A stretch of DNA of 64,000 nucleotides from Leucoraja erinacea (taxonomy: Eukaryota). The notes beneath the pieces were generated by a model that searched no databases, was not told where the DNA came from, and saw nothing but the letters and a program-made list of their open reading frames with translations. The stretch lies in the NCBI RefSeq assembly GCF_028641065.1, contig NC_073409.1, positions 11,594,001 to 11,658,000 of the forward strand. The letters run 5' to 3'. Made by a program: the position numbers and the translations under genes. Numbering within the stretch: position 1 is the first letter of the stretch; every line of letters starts with the position of its first letter. Positions 50,155-63,129 of this stretch are shown here, piece by piece.

Positions 50155-50285
50155 CAGTCTGAAGAAGGGTTTCGGCCCGAAACGTTGCCTATTTCCTTCG
50201 CTCCATAGATGCTGCCTCACCCACTGAGTTTCTCCAGCCTCTTTGCCTACTTTCCGATTTTCCCGCATCTGCAGTTCCTTCTTGA
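50155..50285 (+). mobile_element. Penelope pLTR-type short repeat with minimal hammerhead motif
   Basis: CTGAAGA-AGGGT-TTCG-GCCC-GAAAC-GTT followed by the recurrent GATGCTGCC...CTGAGTT.CTCCAGC...CATCTGCAGTTCC module seen more than 10 times in the window. Confidence 0.6.
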
Positions 50286-50780
50286 ACATGAATACAGAAC
50301 AGATCAGTGTGTCCATATACCATTATATAAATATATACATACATGAATAAATAAACAGATAAAGTGCAAATAAACAGATAATGGTCTATTAATGTTCAGA
50401 GTTTTGTTTCATTTGAGTTTAATAGCCTGATGGCTGTGGGGAAGTAGCTATTCCTGAACCTGGACGTTCAGAGAAGGAATAGTTCGTGTTTCGGGTCGAT
50501 AACGAATCTTCAGTTCCTTTTCATAACCTATTCCTTTTCTCCCGAGATGCTGCCTGTCTCGCTGAGTTACTCCAACATTTTGTGTCTGAGGTGTAAACTA
50601 GCATCTTCAGTTCCTTGTTACACAGAAGACAGGAATGCCCGGTGAACTTTGTCAGTGCCAGAAACGTGCCGACTCTTGTGATTTTACCGCGTTCTATGCA
50701 AAACAAATCATTTCATTGTACCTAGGCACATGTGACAACGAAGTATCATTGAGCCACATTGACTCGGTATTTGTTTACAG

Positions 50781-50856
50781 TGGTCCTGGTGCGGTGCTGG
50801 AAGGGGAACTACTGCTGGTGACCCGGCATCAGATCGAGGACGAGACCGACAGTAAG
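50781..50856 (+). CDS. ARPIN: Arpin exon 2
   Basis: ttacag|GPGAVLEGELLLVTRHQIEDETDSK|gtgagc; 76 nt. Confidence 0.93.
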
Positions 50857-51450
50857 GTGAGCGGGTGTGTCGGTAATTGGGTGGGGGACAGCTTTGGGGT
50901 AGCGGTGTGATAATTTCGGGGGATTATGGGGACGTTGCACGCAGTCGAGGTCACGACCCATGACCCGTACTATTGCCATGCAACGCCAGCTGGAGGGCAC
51001 GCGGTGAACTGCAGGTAAGCATTTACCAAAGCTCTAGTATCTTTGGCATTTACTGTGGCTGTCAGCACAGCCGGCCCTTCTTCTAGCCCAGCATCCGGAA
51101 TGGTTGCACTGGAGGAGGAGGGGGTCGGGGCGAAGAGGTCGGGGTGCCGATGCAGCGCGGTGAGTGACTCTGGGTGGGTGGAGGAAGCAGACCACCCCCA
51201 ACTCTGCTGCAGCTGACGTTGCCTGGAGCCGCGGCCCCGGCCCCTCAACCCACAGTCCCGTGACAGTGCGGCCCACAGAGGGAGACGGGGTGGAGGGCAG
51301 CAGTGGCCGGACAGCGCTGGCCCGGGTGGGAGAGTCCGAAAAATGCAAATGTAATTACCATAATTCAAAATTGTTTAAGTGTTTCTATTAATACCTAAGT
51401 AATCAAATATGTATTACCATACCATGTTGATTTGTTTGCATCTTTTTCAG

Positions 51451-51583
51451 TACCGTTACTTCATTCTGTATATTAAGCCAACGAAAATCCACAAAAGAAA
51501 GTTTGATTCTGATGGAGTGGAGATTGAACCAAACTTCAGTGAAACCAAGAAAGTCAACACTGGATACTTAATGTCATCCTTCA
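51451..51583 (+). CDS. ARPIN: Arpin exon 3
   Basis: tttcag|YRYFILYIKPTKIHKRKFDSDGVEIEPNFSETKKVNTGYLMSSF|gtgagt; 133 nt. Confidence 0.96.
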
Positions 51584-52255
51584 GTGAGTACAGAGAGTTA
51601 GGTTGCAATTGAGCCACTATCTCATTAAATGGGATCCATCTCGGGGGGCAAATACCCTTCTTATACTTTGAGTATCAGACTCAATGATTCTTTGGGAGAG
51701 GTCCCCATCTCCCAATAAATGTCAGTGATTTTCATGTCCTCTTAGCCTTGCTATACTTCCATATCTCTTTGCAAATTTGAGTCTAAACAGGCTCAATGAG
51801 CCATTTCATTCTCCTTACTTGTTTTCCCAGTAATCTATTTTCTCCACATTCCCAAGAATTCCCAGCAGATTCTACCACTTACCAATATACTTGGAACCAG
51901 TTAAAGGATTATTTAACCTGCGTGTTTTTGGGACGTGAGAGCACAGGAGGAAATTCACGTGGTCACAGCCATATGATGCAAACTAGCACTGAAAGCACCA
52001 GAGATGCAGATTGAACTTGGGTTGCTGAAGCTGTGAGGCAGCAGCTCTGCCAAACGCACCAAGAAGAACTGCATTGCATTTTCCCACTGTTTCCATCTCT
52101 AATTCTATATTCCTCGCCACTTCTCCAAAAGTGAGATTGGCTTCCCTGAATCCTAGATGTCCAGTACACCAGCTTTTATATTGTGCTGCATAGTTCTGAC
52201 ACCTTTAAACCTGATTTCACCATCAATGAATGAAAATGGGAAATATTGGAAATGT

Positions 52256-52497
52256 TGTGGCGGCACCTGGTGGCTAGCACAGGCATAGCGAACCCTCGGC
52301 TCAGGAGGGAGGGGTTGAGCGTCTCAGAATGGGAGGCATAGGGTCACGGGGCCTGGCCCTGGGTCTTTAAGGTCGGGTAACGCCCGTGCACGTTCTTGGA
52401 GTAGGGAGCAGCACTGAAGTAGTAATAAATACGTTCGATCACACAATTTTGTGTTTCCGACTAATTCTTGGCTGGACTCCTGTGAGACCCCACTACT
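52256..52497 (+). mobile_element. Solo LTR (Gypsy/BEL-like) with 4-bp TSD
   Basis: TGTGG...CTACT termini (about TG...CA), flanked by ATGT at 52252-52255 and 52498-52501; internal AATAAA at 52424-52429. Confidence 0.65.
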
Positions 52498-54280
52498 ATG
52501 TGACGGTTTGGTGGCCTCTAATGGAGAGCTGAATCCAGCTAGTTTTAAAACCACATTTTTAGCATGCTTGGCTTGCAAATATACCCATTGTCTGTAACAG
52601 TACCTTTCTCCATCCTCTCAGATGGCCCCACCACCACGTGCCATTCAAGATCTCTTTGTTCCTATCCTAAAACAGGCCTTTCTGCCTCCCCTCTCTACGC
52701 TGTCCTCACATTGGCTCACATTTTTCATTGTTCGCTGTTATGATGTTATTTACCAGATTTTTCTATTTACCTGAGAATCCTATTATCTCCACATGATCCT
52801 GACCTGCTGATGTTTTTATATCATGTGATAGTTGGGATTGGAGGAGTTCAAACCTAACAGGTCCGGAATGGGCAGATTAGTGAACAATCGGTTCCATTGA
52901 GCACTTGGAGTTTCAAGGGCATCTGATGAGGCATTAGATATAACAATTGTAGTTATAGAGGATTGGTTAGAGGACAGAAAACCAACAATTATTATTTCCG
53001 GGTTGGCAGGCTATTACTTGTGTTGCCGCAGTGACGGGGTTCCAACCTCTCAGCTTTTCCTAGTTTATATTATTAACTGATGAGATATCAATATAACATA
53101 TACAAGGCAAGGTGGGAAAATGAGCTGTGAGGATACAACAAGTCTGTGAAGGATCTGGACAGGTCAGGTGAGTGGGCAAGAGGTTGGCAGATATACTTAA
53201 TCTGATATTATAAACTTTAATGGAAAGTGGGATTTTTAAATGAAGAGGAACTAAATTCAGGAAGTCCGCAGATTACGACAGAGTTCAGTTCCTGAGATCT
53301 GTTTGTAAGTTGTAAATGAACAGATACAGATGTGCAAGGAGAGCGAGTAGCTACCAGCCAGCCTCACTGACTCAATGAGTCATATGAGTTTATTCAGCAT
53401 TCCCAGTGCTGCTCGACTCAGTGGGGATGTGTGGGGGTGAAGGCGCATGTAAATGCCCTATTCCCAACCGGCAGAAGATACCTGTAGTTCTGCAGCAGCC
53501 AGCAAGCCCGTCCCACTGGTCTCCAAAAACTCACTTGTATGTATGGGTTGTCCACAATCCCGGTGTTTGTTGTAAAGCTGGGGAGGACCTGGATACATTG
53601 GTGTACAGAGCGTACTGGTTCATCAGAAACTGTCAAAAAAAATTTGCGCCAATTATGGGATATGAGCATTGCTGGCAAGATCAGCACTTACCCTCCTTGA
53701 GTATCGTGCATCTCTATACCTAAAGGTGGATGTTCTTGCTTAGGAATTAATAGATATGCCAGAAGAGGAGATTTAGTTGGAAGAGATGGTCTGGCCTAAC
53801 TTGATAGGGTAGATGTTGGGATTTGTTCTCTAGTTGGAAAATTACAAACAAGAGGACACCGCTACAAAATAAGTGGGTGGTCATTTAAAGCTAGGAAGTG
53901 TAGAAATGTTTTCTCCCAGAAGGTGGTGAATCTCTGGAACTCTCAGGTGGTGAAGGCTGGGTCATTAGGTATATTTAATGTGGAAGATATTTATATGTAG
54001 AGATATAATTGAAAGATCATGGAAGTGCAGATTATGTGGAACTGGTGCATATATCAGCAATGATAGTGAAGGCAAGGGCAGGTTTGAGGAGGCACGTGGC
54101 TTATTCCTGCTATTTGCTTGTGAAATCTACTGCTCCCAATTCTCTGGTTGTTAAGTGGTAAGAGAATGGTTGTAAACTTGGTGAGGTTAAGGGGTCCATA
54201 GAGGGCAGTTACCTGAAGCAAAATATTGAGACTAATTTGGCCTTTGTTTTCACTTTCTCCTTTGTTACACCATGTGACAG

Positions 54281-54487
54281 AGGTGGAAGCTAAAGGACAG
54301 TCAGATAAGATTTCGACAGAAGAGTTGAAGAAGTTGATTTACAAATCAGAGCTGGTGCAGATCTCCGAGAAACACACCCCAGACCAAAGCTTTGCATTTT
54401 GGATCACTGAAGAAGAGATGGGAAACATTGAGCTGGACGTCGGAGATGCGTTGCGTCTGAAAACACAGGGCGACAGCCCATTTATCC
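54281..54487 (+). CDS. ARPIN: Arpin exon 4
   Basis: tgacag|(K)VEAKGQSDKIS...FAFWITEEEM...LRLKTQGDSPFI|gtaagt; 207 nt. Confidence 0.95.
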
Positions 54488-55896
54488 GTAAGTACTGCGC
54501 TGTGGAATTGTCTGGTTTTGGATCTGAAAGGTAAAACTGGAAATTCTTCAGAACTTCTCACTGTCTCCAGATTGTCCCAGACAATTTACTACTGAAATGT
54601 TATCACTGTTCACGTAACCTTAATGGTTGGGCGTTTGCCATTATTTCCATGCTAGTCAACCTAATGGCTTGGTCCCACTTTCTGCACCAGGTTCACAACC
54701 CTGCCAGTCAGAGCTTTTCAAGTACACATCCAGCTGCTAGTTAATTCATCTTGGGAGGGGGGGGGGGTCTGACTGTCCCACCTCCCAGGAGGGAGGTCCC
54801 AGGAGGAGACTCCCAGGAGGCAACTTCCAGAATCCCACCAGCTTCTAGGTGAGAAACATCTCCTTATTTCCCCAAAATCTCATCCAATTATTTTGCACCA
54901 CTCTGTATATTGGTCCTCTTATTTAAGAAAAAAAATCCAGGAGCATTGTGGGCTATTCGAAAGACTTTTCCCAGGCTAATTTCTGAGATGGGACAGTTGC
55001 AATGTCACAGAAGTTAGATCAGGTATTCGTGGTCATCAGAAGAATGAGCAGTGATTTTATCAAAACACAGAAGATCCTGAGAGGACTTGGCAGTGCAGAT
55101 GTTGACATGTTACCACAAAGGGCAGAGTCTTGATCGAGAGGACATAGTTATAAGATATGGGGGTGGCCATTTAAAACTGAGGTGCGTGGAACTTCTCACA
55201 GTAAATTAGAAGTAATCATAGAACATATAAATGCAGGCAGTTATACAGCCTGGAAATAGGTCCTTCTGCCCAACCTGTTCATGCTGAGCAAGGTGCCTCC
55301 CCATAAGCGAGCTTCACTTGCCTGTATTTGATCCATTTTCTTCTGAACCTTTACTATCATCTCCGGGATCATTCTCGTAAACCACTTCTGTATCCTCTCC
55401 AACATCAGCATATCCTTCATCAGATATGGGGCCTAAAACGGTTCGCAATATTCCAAATGTGGTCCTACCAGCGCCTTATAAAGCCCCAGCACTACATCCT
55501 TGTTTTTATATTCTAGTCCCTTTAAAATAAATGCTAGCATTGCATATGCCTTCCTTACCACTGACTCAACCTGCAAATTAACCTTTTGGGAAATCCTGCA
55601 CTCCCAAGTCCTTTTGCATCTCCGATTTCTGAATCTTTCCCCATTTAGAAAGTAGTCTATGCCTTTATTCCTTCTATCAAAGGACTAACTGTAAACCTTG
55701 CTGCGCTGTATTCCATTTGCCTCTTCTTTGCCCACTCTCCCAAACTGTCCTCACCCTTCTGCAGACTCCTGGCTTCTTCAACACCACTTGTCCCTCCACT
55801 TATCTTTGTATCATCAGCAAACCTGATTGAAATTGAAAGATTGAAATACAGGAGGGTGTGCAGTGCTCACCAGTAATGCAAGTACTTGATTTTCAG

Positions 55897-56060
55897 TTAC
55901 AGTGGCCAAATTGGATGCAGGAACTGTGACCAAATGCAACTTTGCAGGTGATAAAAAGGCAGGAGATTCCTGGACAGACAATATATTTGCTACAAAGTCT
56001 AAAAACGAGCAAGAGGATAAAGGCAGCAGCCGAGGAGAGGGTGCTGAGGAGGATGAGTGG
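55897..56060 (+). CDS. ARPIN: Arpin exon 5
   Basis: tttcag|(L)TVAKLDAGTVTKCNFAGD...SWTDNI...GEGAEEDEW|gtaagt; acidic tail with Trp; 164 nt. Confidence 0.96.
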
Positions 56061-56609
56061 GTAAGTTATCGATGGAAAATGCCCACTTCACAAACTCCTA
56101 TTGGGAAATGTGTCTGAGATTTCGAAGAGGTGAACTGATTGTGAAGTTCATTTCACTTGAATTGAACCATAAGGAAGTTGGCAGAGTGAAGCCCCATTAC
56201 GTGCTGTAGTAAGGAAAAAAGTTGTATCGGACAGAACATTAAATGCATTTGGTTAAATGAATGATCCCAGAAAACTTTGTAGTCAGACAATTAGCTTTTC
56301 TTTAGTCAATTATAGTTGGACTAACAACGTATTAAATGAATCTATAAACTGCCAAGATGAGTAAGTACTTATACAAAGGACCAAAAGAAAGAAGTCAAAA
56401 ACAAAGACATTGTCAGAATGTATACAGTATTCCAAACCAGATCGATGGCATAATGGATGTGCGTGGGTTTGATCTAATAGTCTTTACAGGTACGAGCGGC
56501 AAGGTGAACAAAACTGAATCCTCCGTAGTTCTACGTTTACGAAGGAAAGGTGGAATGGAAGAGACGGGCAGTGCTGAGAAATTATTTTACTCAAAATCAG
56601 GAAGAACAA

Positions 56610-56940
56610 TATTCGGGTTGAGAGTAGCAACTGGGAGATCAGGTAGGTTTAGGCAGACTAAGCGGAAGTGTTCAGCGAAACGGTCGCCGAGCCTGTGCTT
56701 GACCTCATCGACATATAAGAGTCCACACCTGGAATAGCGGATACCGTAGATGAGGTTGGAAAAGGTGCAAGTGAGCCTCTGCCTCACCTGAAAAGACTGC
56801 CGGGGTCCTTGGACGGAGTCGAGGGGGAGGTGTTGTATCTCCTGCGGTTGCAGGGGAAAGTACCTGAGGGAGCGGTGGTTTGGGAGGAAAGGGACGAGTT
56901 GACCAGGTAGTTGTGGAGGGAATGGCATCTGCGGAAAACG
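56610..56940 (-). mobile_element. Penelope-like element GIY-YIG endonuclease fragment
   Basis: LTCTFSNLIYGIRYSRCGLLYVDEVKHRLGDRFAEH is a degenerate PLE GIY-YIG (N.IY.I.C..C...YIG.T.R.L..RF.EH). Confidence 0.8.
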
Positions 56941-57255
56941 TTTAGAACTTTATGAAGATCTAGACATGCAAGTTCAGGTATTGGTGGAATTTCACAACAT
57001 TTTCTAAACAGAAAAACCTATAATTAGAACTAGGGGTTGTTGGAAATGTGTTCCCCGGCTCCCAACCAATTCCTCCCAATATATTTTCTCTTTGCGTGCA
57101 CGGCTGATGTCTGTATGGTAAACACAAACACTGTTTTAAATTTAGCTAATTAATATTCCGTTTAGAGATATAGCACAGAAACAGGCCCTTTGGCTCACTG
57201 AGACACGCCGACCAGCGATCCCTGCACAATTTTAACAATTGTTTTTGCCTTCCAG

Positions 57256-57264
57256 GATGATTGA
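57256..57264 (+). CDS. ARPIN: Arpin last coding exon (DD*); 3' UTR to AATAAA at 58453-58458
   Basis: ccttccag|GAT GAT TGA completes the EDEWDD Arp2/3-binding acidic motif. Confidence 0.9.
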   Translation, partial: DD

Positions 57265-58654
57265 AGGTCCAGGCAGCCAGCGAGACAATGAAATGACCAG
57301 CCCTGTCAACGTATTATTTTTTACACTCCCTCTCATCATTTGATGTTCTTTATATGGCACTAAAATTTACTTAGATTCTATGACCCTTTGGATTTACCAA
57401 CTGCGGAACACTATTCAAAGAAGCTTGGTGTTTTGCTCGAGTTGTATCTCAACTTCTATGCTTTTTTTGCTTTTGAACTAAATTGGTTATCTAATGCCTT
57501 TCCTGAACCCGAGCACTGTGTGTGTTGAATTACACTCTTCCTTCTTCTTTGGCGTTTTATGCTTAGTCTGAGAACATGGGTTATTGATGAGCTGACAGCA
57601 AACCAATGTCTGGGGAAAAATGTTCAATTTTTGCTTTTATTTGAAATGAATGTTAGCACAACTATGAGGGAATATTGGTCAGCGAGTGCAGTGTTATGTC
57701 AGTGATATGTTTGGGTGGGAATTGACCTGCAGTGAACCAAGGTGATGGTTAGTGATTTACTGAGCTGAAACCAGGTCATCTTCGTGTGGCATAGGTTTGC
57801 GGTTCATAAGTGACCTCTGCTGAGTACAACATGAGGTTGCAAACAATAGGGTTTATATTCAAAGAGAGGACTAGTCAGTCGTCAGGGAATGGAGTTTGTG
57901 ACGGGGTTGAAGATGATGGCTTCATCCTTCACTGTTAATAGGAGGAAATTTCCACTCCTCCGTTACTGGATGTTGGACAAGTAGCCTGATGATGCAGTTG
58001 CAACAGAGGGGCCACTGGAGGCGATGGTGAGGTGAAGCCAGGTGAAATCCAAGAGGTAGAGTCAATCCTTGCAATTTCTGGAAGGGAAGTGAACCTGTTA
58101 CAGGAAATATCAAGAGTGTGTGGATAGATAAGAATAGCAGCAAGTGCGTGCTGTCCCTACCAGAAGCTTTTTGGGATGCAAGGTCAGTATGTTGAGGAGG
58201 GAGAGAAGCTGAGGCTGATTTGAGCCACTAGTACAGAACCAGGAAAGAAACTCTCCAGACGGGGCTGGGCCCAGCATTAACCAACTTTAAACAGGAAATT
58301 CTGAGAGATGCGATGGAAAAATCTGTGCTTTTTATTAAGTGTTTTTTTAATATCCTTTTGTTAATGTTTGCTTGCCTGTGAACAGTATATTTGTACTTTT
58401 TTACTCTAATGCTTTTGTTGTTTATTTGAATTTTTTTTAAATTTCCTCAATGAATAAAAGTTATCAAATGTACTTTAATAATTTCACTCTGCTACTGTTA
58501 GCGTTTCGGAGAACTCTTATCTGTCTTCTGTGCTGCACTGTTGTGTAGATGGCATGCTTTATTGGATGGGACGGGGGAATGGATTCATAAGATCAGGTAT
58601 ATCACATTACTGATGACATCTTAGTGCAAGTGTAGCATTGTGCAGGACAAGATA

Positions 58655-59600
58655 GAAACATGGAAAATAGGTGCAGGAGTAGGCCATTCGGCCCTTCGAG
58701 CCTGCACCGCCATTCAATATGATCATGGCTGATCATCCAACTCAGTATCCCGTACCTGCCTTCTCTCCATACCCCCTGATCCCTTTAGCCACAAGGGCCA
58801 CATCTAACTCCCTCTTAAATATAGCAATGTTAATACTCTGCAGATAGTGAGAACTGCTACATGTGTATGAAAAGGAATAGACAAGCTAAGGGAAATGTGC
58901 GTAGAGGAAATCACATTGATTCTAAATAATTTTGGATCAGTCTTCATAGCTTTAAACATAATTGATAAATCAAAAAGCTGCAAAGAGAAACCTGGGAACC
59001 ATAGACCAGTAGGCCTAACATCTATATTAGAAATGTTACTGGGGAGGATACACATGCGTTTGGAAAGACAAGGGATGACTAGGGATAGTCAGCATAGTTT
59101 TGTGCAGGTTGTGTCTCATGATTTAGAACGTTTTGAAGAAGTAACCAAGACGGTGGATGATGGCAGGGCCATAGACGTCGACTATATGGGGCTAGTTTGT
59201 TTGGATGGGACCAAAGGGCCTGTTTCCATGCTGCATGACTATGACGCATTGGGGGCTTTGGAGTAAATCAGACAATCTTAATGTCACTTGAGGAGAAATA
59301 CTGGACAATAATGAGGCTAAAGGCCGATGTCTACTGGATAATGGTCAGCTTCAGATCTTAAAGGACGTAACTACAGAGATGGTGGGTGTGTTGATTGTAA
59401 TCCAACATCAGAACACAAAATAGCAGGGACAGGCCATTGAGCCTTCCCTGCCATTCAGTGTGATCGAGGCTGATATATGCAGGCCACAGCTACCCTTTTT
59501 GTACTACAATTCCTCAAATACTTATCCATCTTCACCTTGTATATCTAGTGATCTGCATCTGCCTCTGCCTTGGAGGCAGAGAATTCCATTCTATTAAATG
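58655..59600. mobile_element. CR1-type LINE fragments
   Basis: Copy of the 754-930 LINE 3' end; ORF 58895..59266 KPGNHRPVGLTS...QHSFV. Confidence 0.75.
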
Positions 59601-59799
59601 GTGACACAAAAAACTGCAGACGCTCTGATGCTGAACAAAGAAAAAGTGCTGGAAGAAGTCAGCCACTCAGGCAGCACCCATGGAGGAAAGTGGACAGGTG
59701 ACGTTTCCGGTCGGGACACTTCTTCAATGGTCTGTCCATTTTCTCCACGGATACCGCCTGACCAGCTGAGTTTCTGAATTTTTTTTCAATGGTTAAATT

Positions 59800-60220
59800 T
59801 CGATTTCTCCGCTGCTAGAGCTCCAGACGCCGGTCTGGGCATCCTGAGTCAATGGTGGTTCGCTTTGCCCAGAGGCCACCGCGCACAGGAATACACTCTA
59901 TCCGCGTTAGTGAGGTGTTGGAGCCGCGACATCAACTCCTGGAGAGGACGGCAGGGGGCAGCACCGCGCCGCCGCGCTCGGTCAGGTGCTGATGTCAACG
60001 GAGCCGGAAGCGGTGCAAGCCGGCCGGAACCTGTGGTGGTGCGGGTTGTCCGGGAGGATGATCAAGGCGATCTTGGTGTTTAACAATCACGGCAAGCCGC
60101 GGCTCAGCCGTTTCTACCAGCACTTCGTGAGTAGCCGAGCTCGGGGCCGGCCTCCTCCACGGGATACCGCACTCCTGGGGCGAGCTCCAGCTTCATGCCT
60201 CCCCCTCGCCTTTTAAACCT
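59800..60220 (+). promoter_or_regulatory. CpG island / AP3S2 promoter
   Basis: CpG-rich; CCGGAAG at ~60004 and CCGGAAC at ~60024 upstream of the ATG at 60058. Confidence 0.65.
60058..60126 (+). CDS. AP3S2: AP-3 complex subunit sigma-2, exon 1
   Basis: MIKAILVFNNHGKPRLSRFYQHF|gtgagt; sigma-3 N-terminus; sigma-2 rather than sigma-1 is assigned from its position downstream of ARPIN. Confidence 0.92.
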
Positions 60221-60249
60221 GTCCCTCTGGTCTGGGACTGCCTTGGGGA

Positions 60250-60960
60250 ACAGGCTGTGTGGTTATCCATCTTATCTGTGCCCCCCTCATGATTTTATAA
60301 ACTCCGAGGTCACGACTTTGCTCCCCGAAATATAGTTCCACCCCCTCATTGTGACCCGAGCCTCCAGTCCTGGTAACATCCTGGAGAATTTATTCTGCGC
60401 TATTTCCAGTTTAACTACATCCTTCATATAGCTGGGCAACCGGAACTGCGCACAATGCTCCAAGTGCTGTCCCATCAATGCATTTTAACATGTCATCCCA
60501 ACGTTTGTGCCCAAAGCCCAGACCGACGAACGCAAAGTGTGCTTTCATGGAACTACATACCTGCACTCGTATGTCTGTCTGCTCTACAAACATCCTCAGC
60601 GCCCTGTCATGCACTGTGTATGACCTGGTCTGGATCAACTTGCCAAAATGCATTACTTTGGAGTTAAATTCCATCTGTCATTCCTTCGCCCACTTTCCCA
60701 GTTGCTCTAAATAGCCTTCTTCACCCTCCATTATACCACCAATTTTGGTATCTGCAAACTTACTAATCACACCACGTACATTTCCAGATCATTAATATGC
60801 ACAAATAAGGATCCAATACTGATCCCTTGGCACACTGTTGGCCCCCAATCTGACTCCTTATACCAAACCAATTTTGTATCCAATTGGCTAGTTCACCCTG
60901 GGCACCATGTAATTTAACCTGCACTGGCATACCATGCAGGACCTTGTCAAAAGGGATTTT
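60250..60960 (-). mobile_element. Degraded CR1-type LINE fragment
   Basis: HLEHCAQFRLP...DVVKLE; MEFNSKVMHFG motifs. Confidence 0.75.
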
Positions 60961-62932
60961 GAGGTTGTGACAATCTCAAAGACAGGGGAGACCATTAATA
61001 TGAGCTTTTATTATGCAGCGGGAGGCAAATCCTTGGAAATCCTTACCCAAGAGGCTGGGTCATTGAGTTAATTCAGAACAGAGATTGATAAATTTTGAAC
61101 AATTAAGGGAATTAAAATGCGGTGAAATGGCAGGAAAATAGATGATGAATGACCACATACTTAAGGGCTGGAATGATCTCCTCCCTCTGTTCCTTATCTT
61201 ATTATACACTACCAGTCTAAAAATGATTGTCTACCCTCACTGTGTGCACTCTGTCCAGTGATTAATATTGTAATCAGAGTGTTACTCTTTTAATTCCATT
61301 GATTTTGGTAATAAGTGATTGCAACTTCATATTTTTATTTTACGAACAAGGAATGTCGAAGGGAACATGATTGACGAGATCTTTATGCATTTAGCTAGGT
61401 GTTTAATAAAGTTTGAGTCAATTTTCTCATGGAAATGTAAAATACATTGTTATTCAGGGGAAGTTGGCAGTTTCATTGTGGGCCGAAGGGCCTGTTCCTG
61501 TGCTGAACTGTTCTATGTACATTTGCTTTTCATGGTTTATTTTTACTATCCATCAATGATTTATGTTTGCCAATGATGAAGGTTGATGGGGGGGAAAATT
61601 AGTTTAGATAACAGAAAGACATGACTGGAAATGAAATTTAATGGGTAGAAGCGATGCATTTTGTGGTGGCCAAGACATGAGAATGCTGAATACATTATGG
61701 ATTTTGCAAAGAGGTACCTTGACTGCATTTCCACAAACCTGAAGGTAGATGGCAGGTAATATGAGTGTCATCGGCTAGTTGCCTTTACTGCTTGAAGCAC
61801 GAGTGAAGAGAAAGGAGGCCATGCAGGACTGCATAAATCTTTTGTTAGGCCACAGCTAGGATATCAGGTAGAGTTCGATAACCAGCCTGAAGACTGGATG
61901 TGAAGTACTGGCAAGGATGTAAAGAGAAATTCAAGAGTCAAGTCAAGAGTGTTTTATTGTCATATGTCCCGGATGGGACAATGACATTTTTAAATTGTAT
62001 AGAAGTGTAGTTATTCTTTGGATTAGAGAGGCTGAGGGGAGTTTTATGTGAGTTTTTATTACATTGCAGGCAGCCAGGACAGGGCGAACAGCCTGTACTT
62101 TAGTCAGAATTCCAGCCAGTTGGAAGCAGTAAATGTAACATCCCAATGCAAGAAAGGAGGGAGTGCCAGAGAGAGAGAGAGAGTCATTAAGCATGAAAAT
62201 ACTACCCATGCAGCCTAACATCTGGATGAAAGCTGGCATCCAAGAGTGGAGAAATAGTAGCAGAACATTGAGAAAGTCTTAACCAAACTGGCACATTGAA
62301 CATGGTTTAGTGCAAGAGAAATCAGATTAGACAAGGTAGATTTTTTTTGAGTTATGGTTCAACATTTGTCACATATGCAACTGCACAGTGAAATTATTTT
62401 TCCATATTTACACATGCAGGCGCCGCCGTGTTTTGGCGCCATTATTCAAAGTCCAAACTCCGTATGGCCCATGAGCTTGATGTACTGGAGCAGTTTGCAT
62501 GAACAGATGCGCCCCTCTCCTCTCCCGGTCTTCTTTGTGTCCTGGAGATGCTTCCTGTAGCCAACCATTAAGGCCGGCCCACCATCCATGCTCCTCACAT
62601 CCGATGTCTCCAGCTCTCTCCCCGTTACAACGTCCGATGAGCCTTCAACCAGGTTACCGGTTCTGCTGCGTTGGCTGTAACTTGTGTGTGGATTGCCAAT
62701 GTACTCCATCCACCTCATATCTGTCGTTACTATAGATTGCAAGGACAGGTTCTGCAACGTCTCTACAGGATGTTGGTGAGGCCATGTCTAGGTATGGTAT
62801 AAAGTGGTGGCCTCCTTAACATACTTGACATAGATGTGGATCAGATAAGGATAAGCTGGTTCTAGGTCAAAGGGGTTGAGTAGTTTGGGTTTGCGTTCTT
62901 TGCAACTGATTGTGTTTGTTTTATGTGTTCAG

Positions 62933-63024
62933 TCGGAGGATATGCAACAGCAGATAATCCGTGAAACTTTCCAACTGGTATCCAGGAGAGATGAAAATGT
63001 TTGCAACTTTCTGGAAGGTGGCAG
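62933..63024 (+). CDS. AP3S2: AP-3 sigma-2 exon 2 (gene continues beyond the window)
   Basis: gttcag|SEDMQQQIIRETFQLVSRRDENVCNFLEGG|gtaagt; 92 nt. Confidence 0.94.
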
Positions 63025-63129
63025 GTAAGTGGTGCTAGAGAGAAACGAGTTCCAGCAGAGAGCGATGGTTTGCGGTGAGCCCCAGTCTTGGCGTGAGACC
63101 AACAACCAAACGTCAGCCACCCAGCCCTT

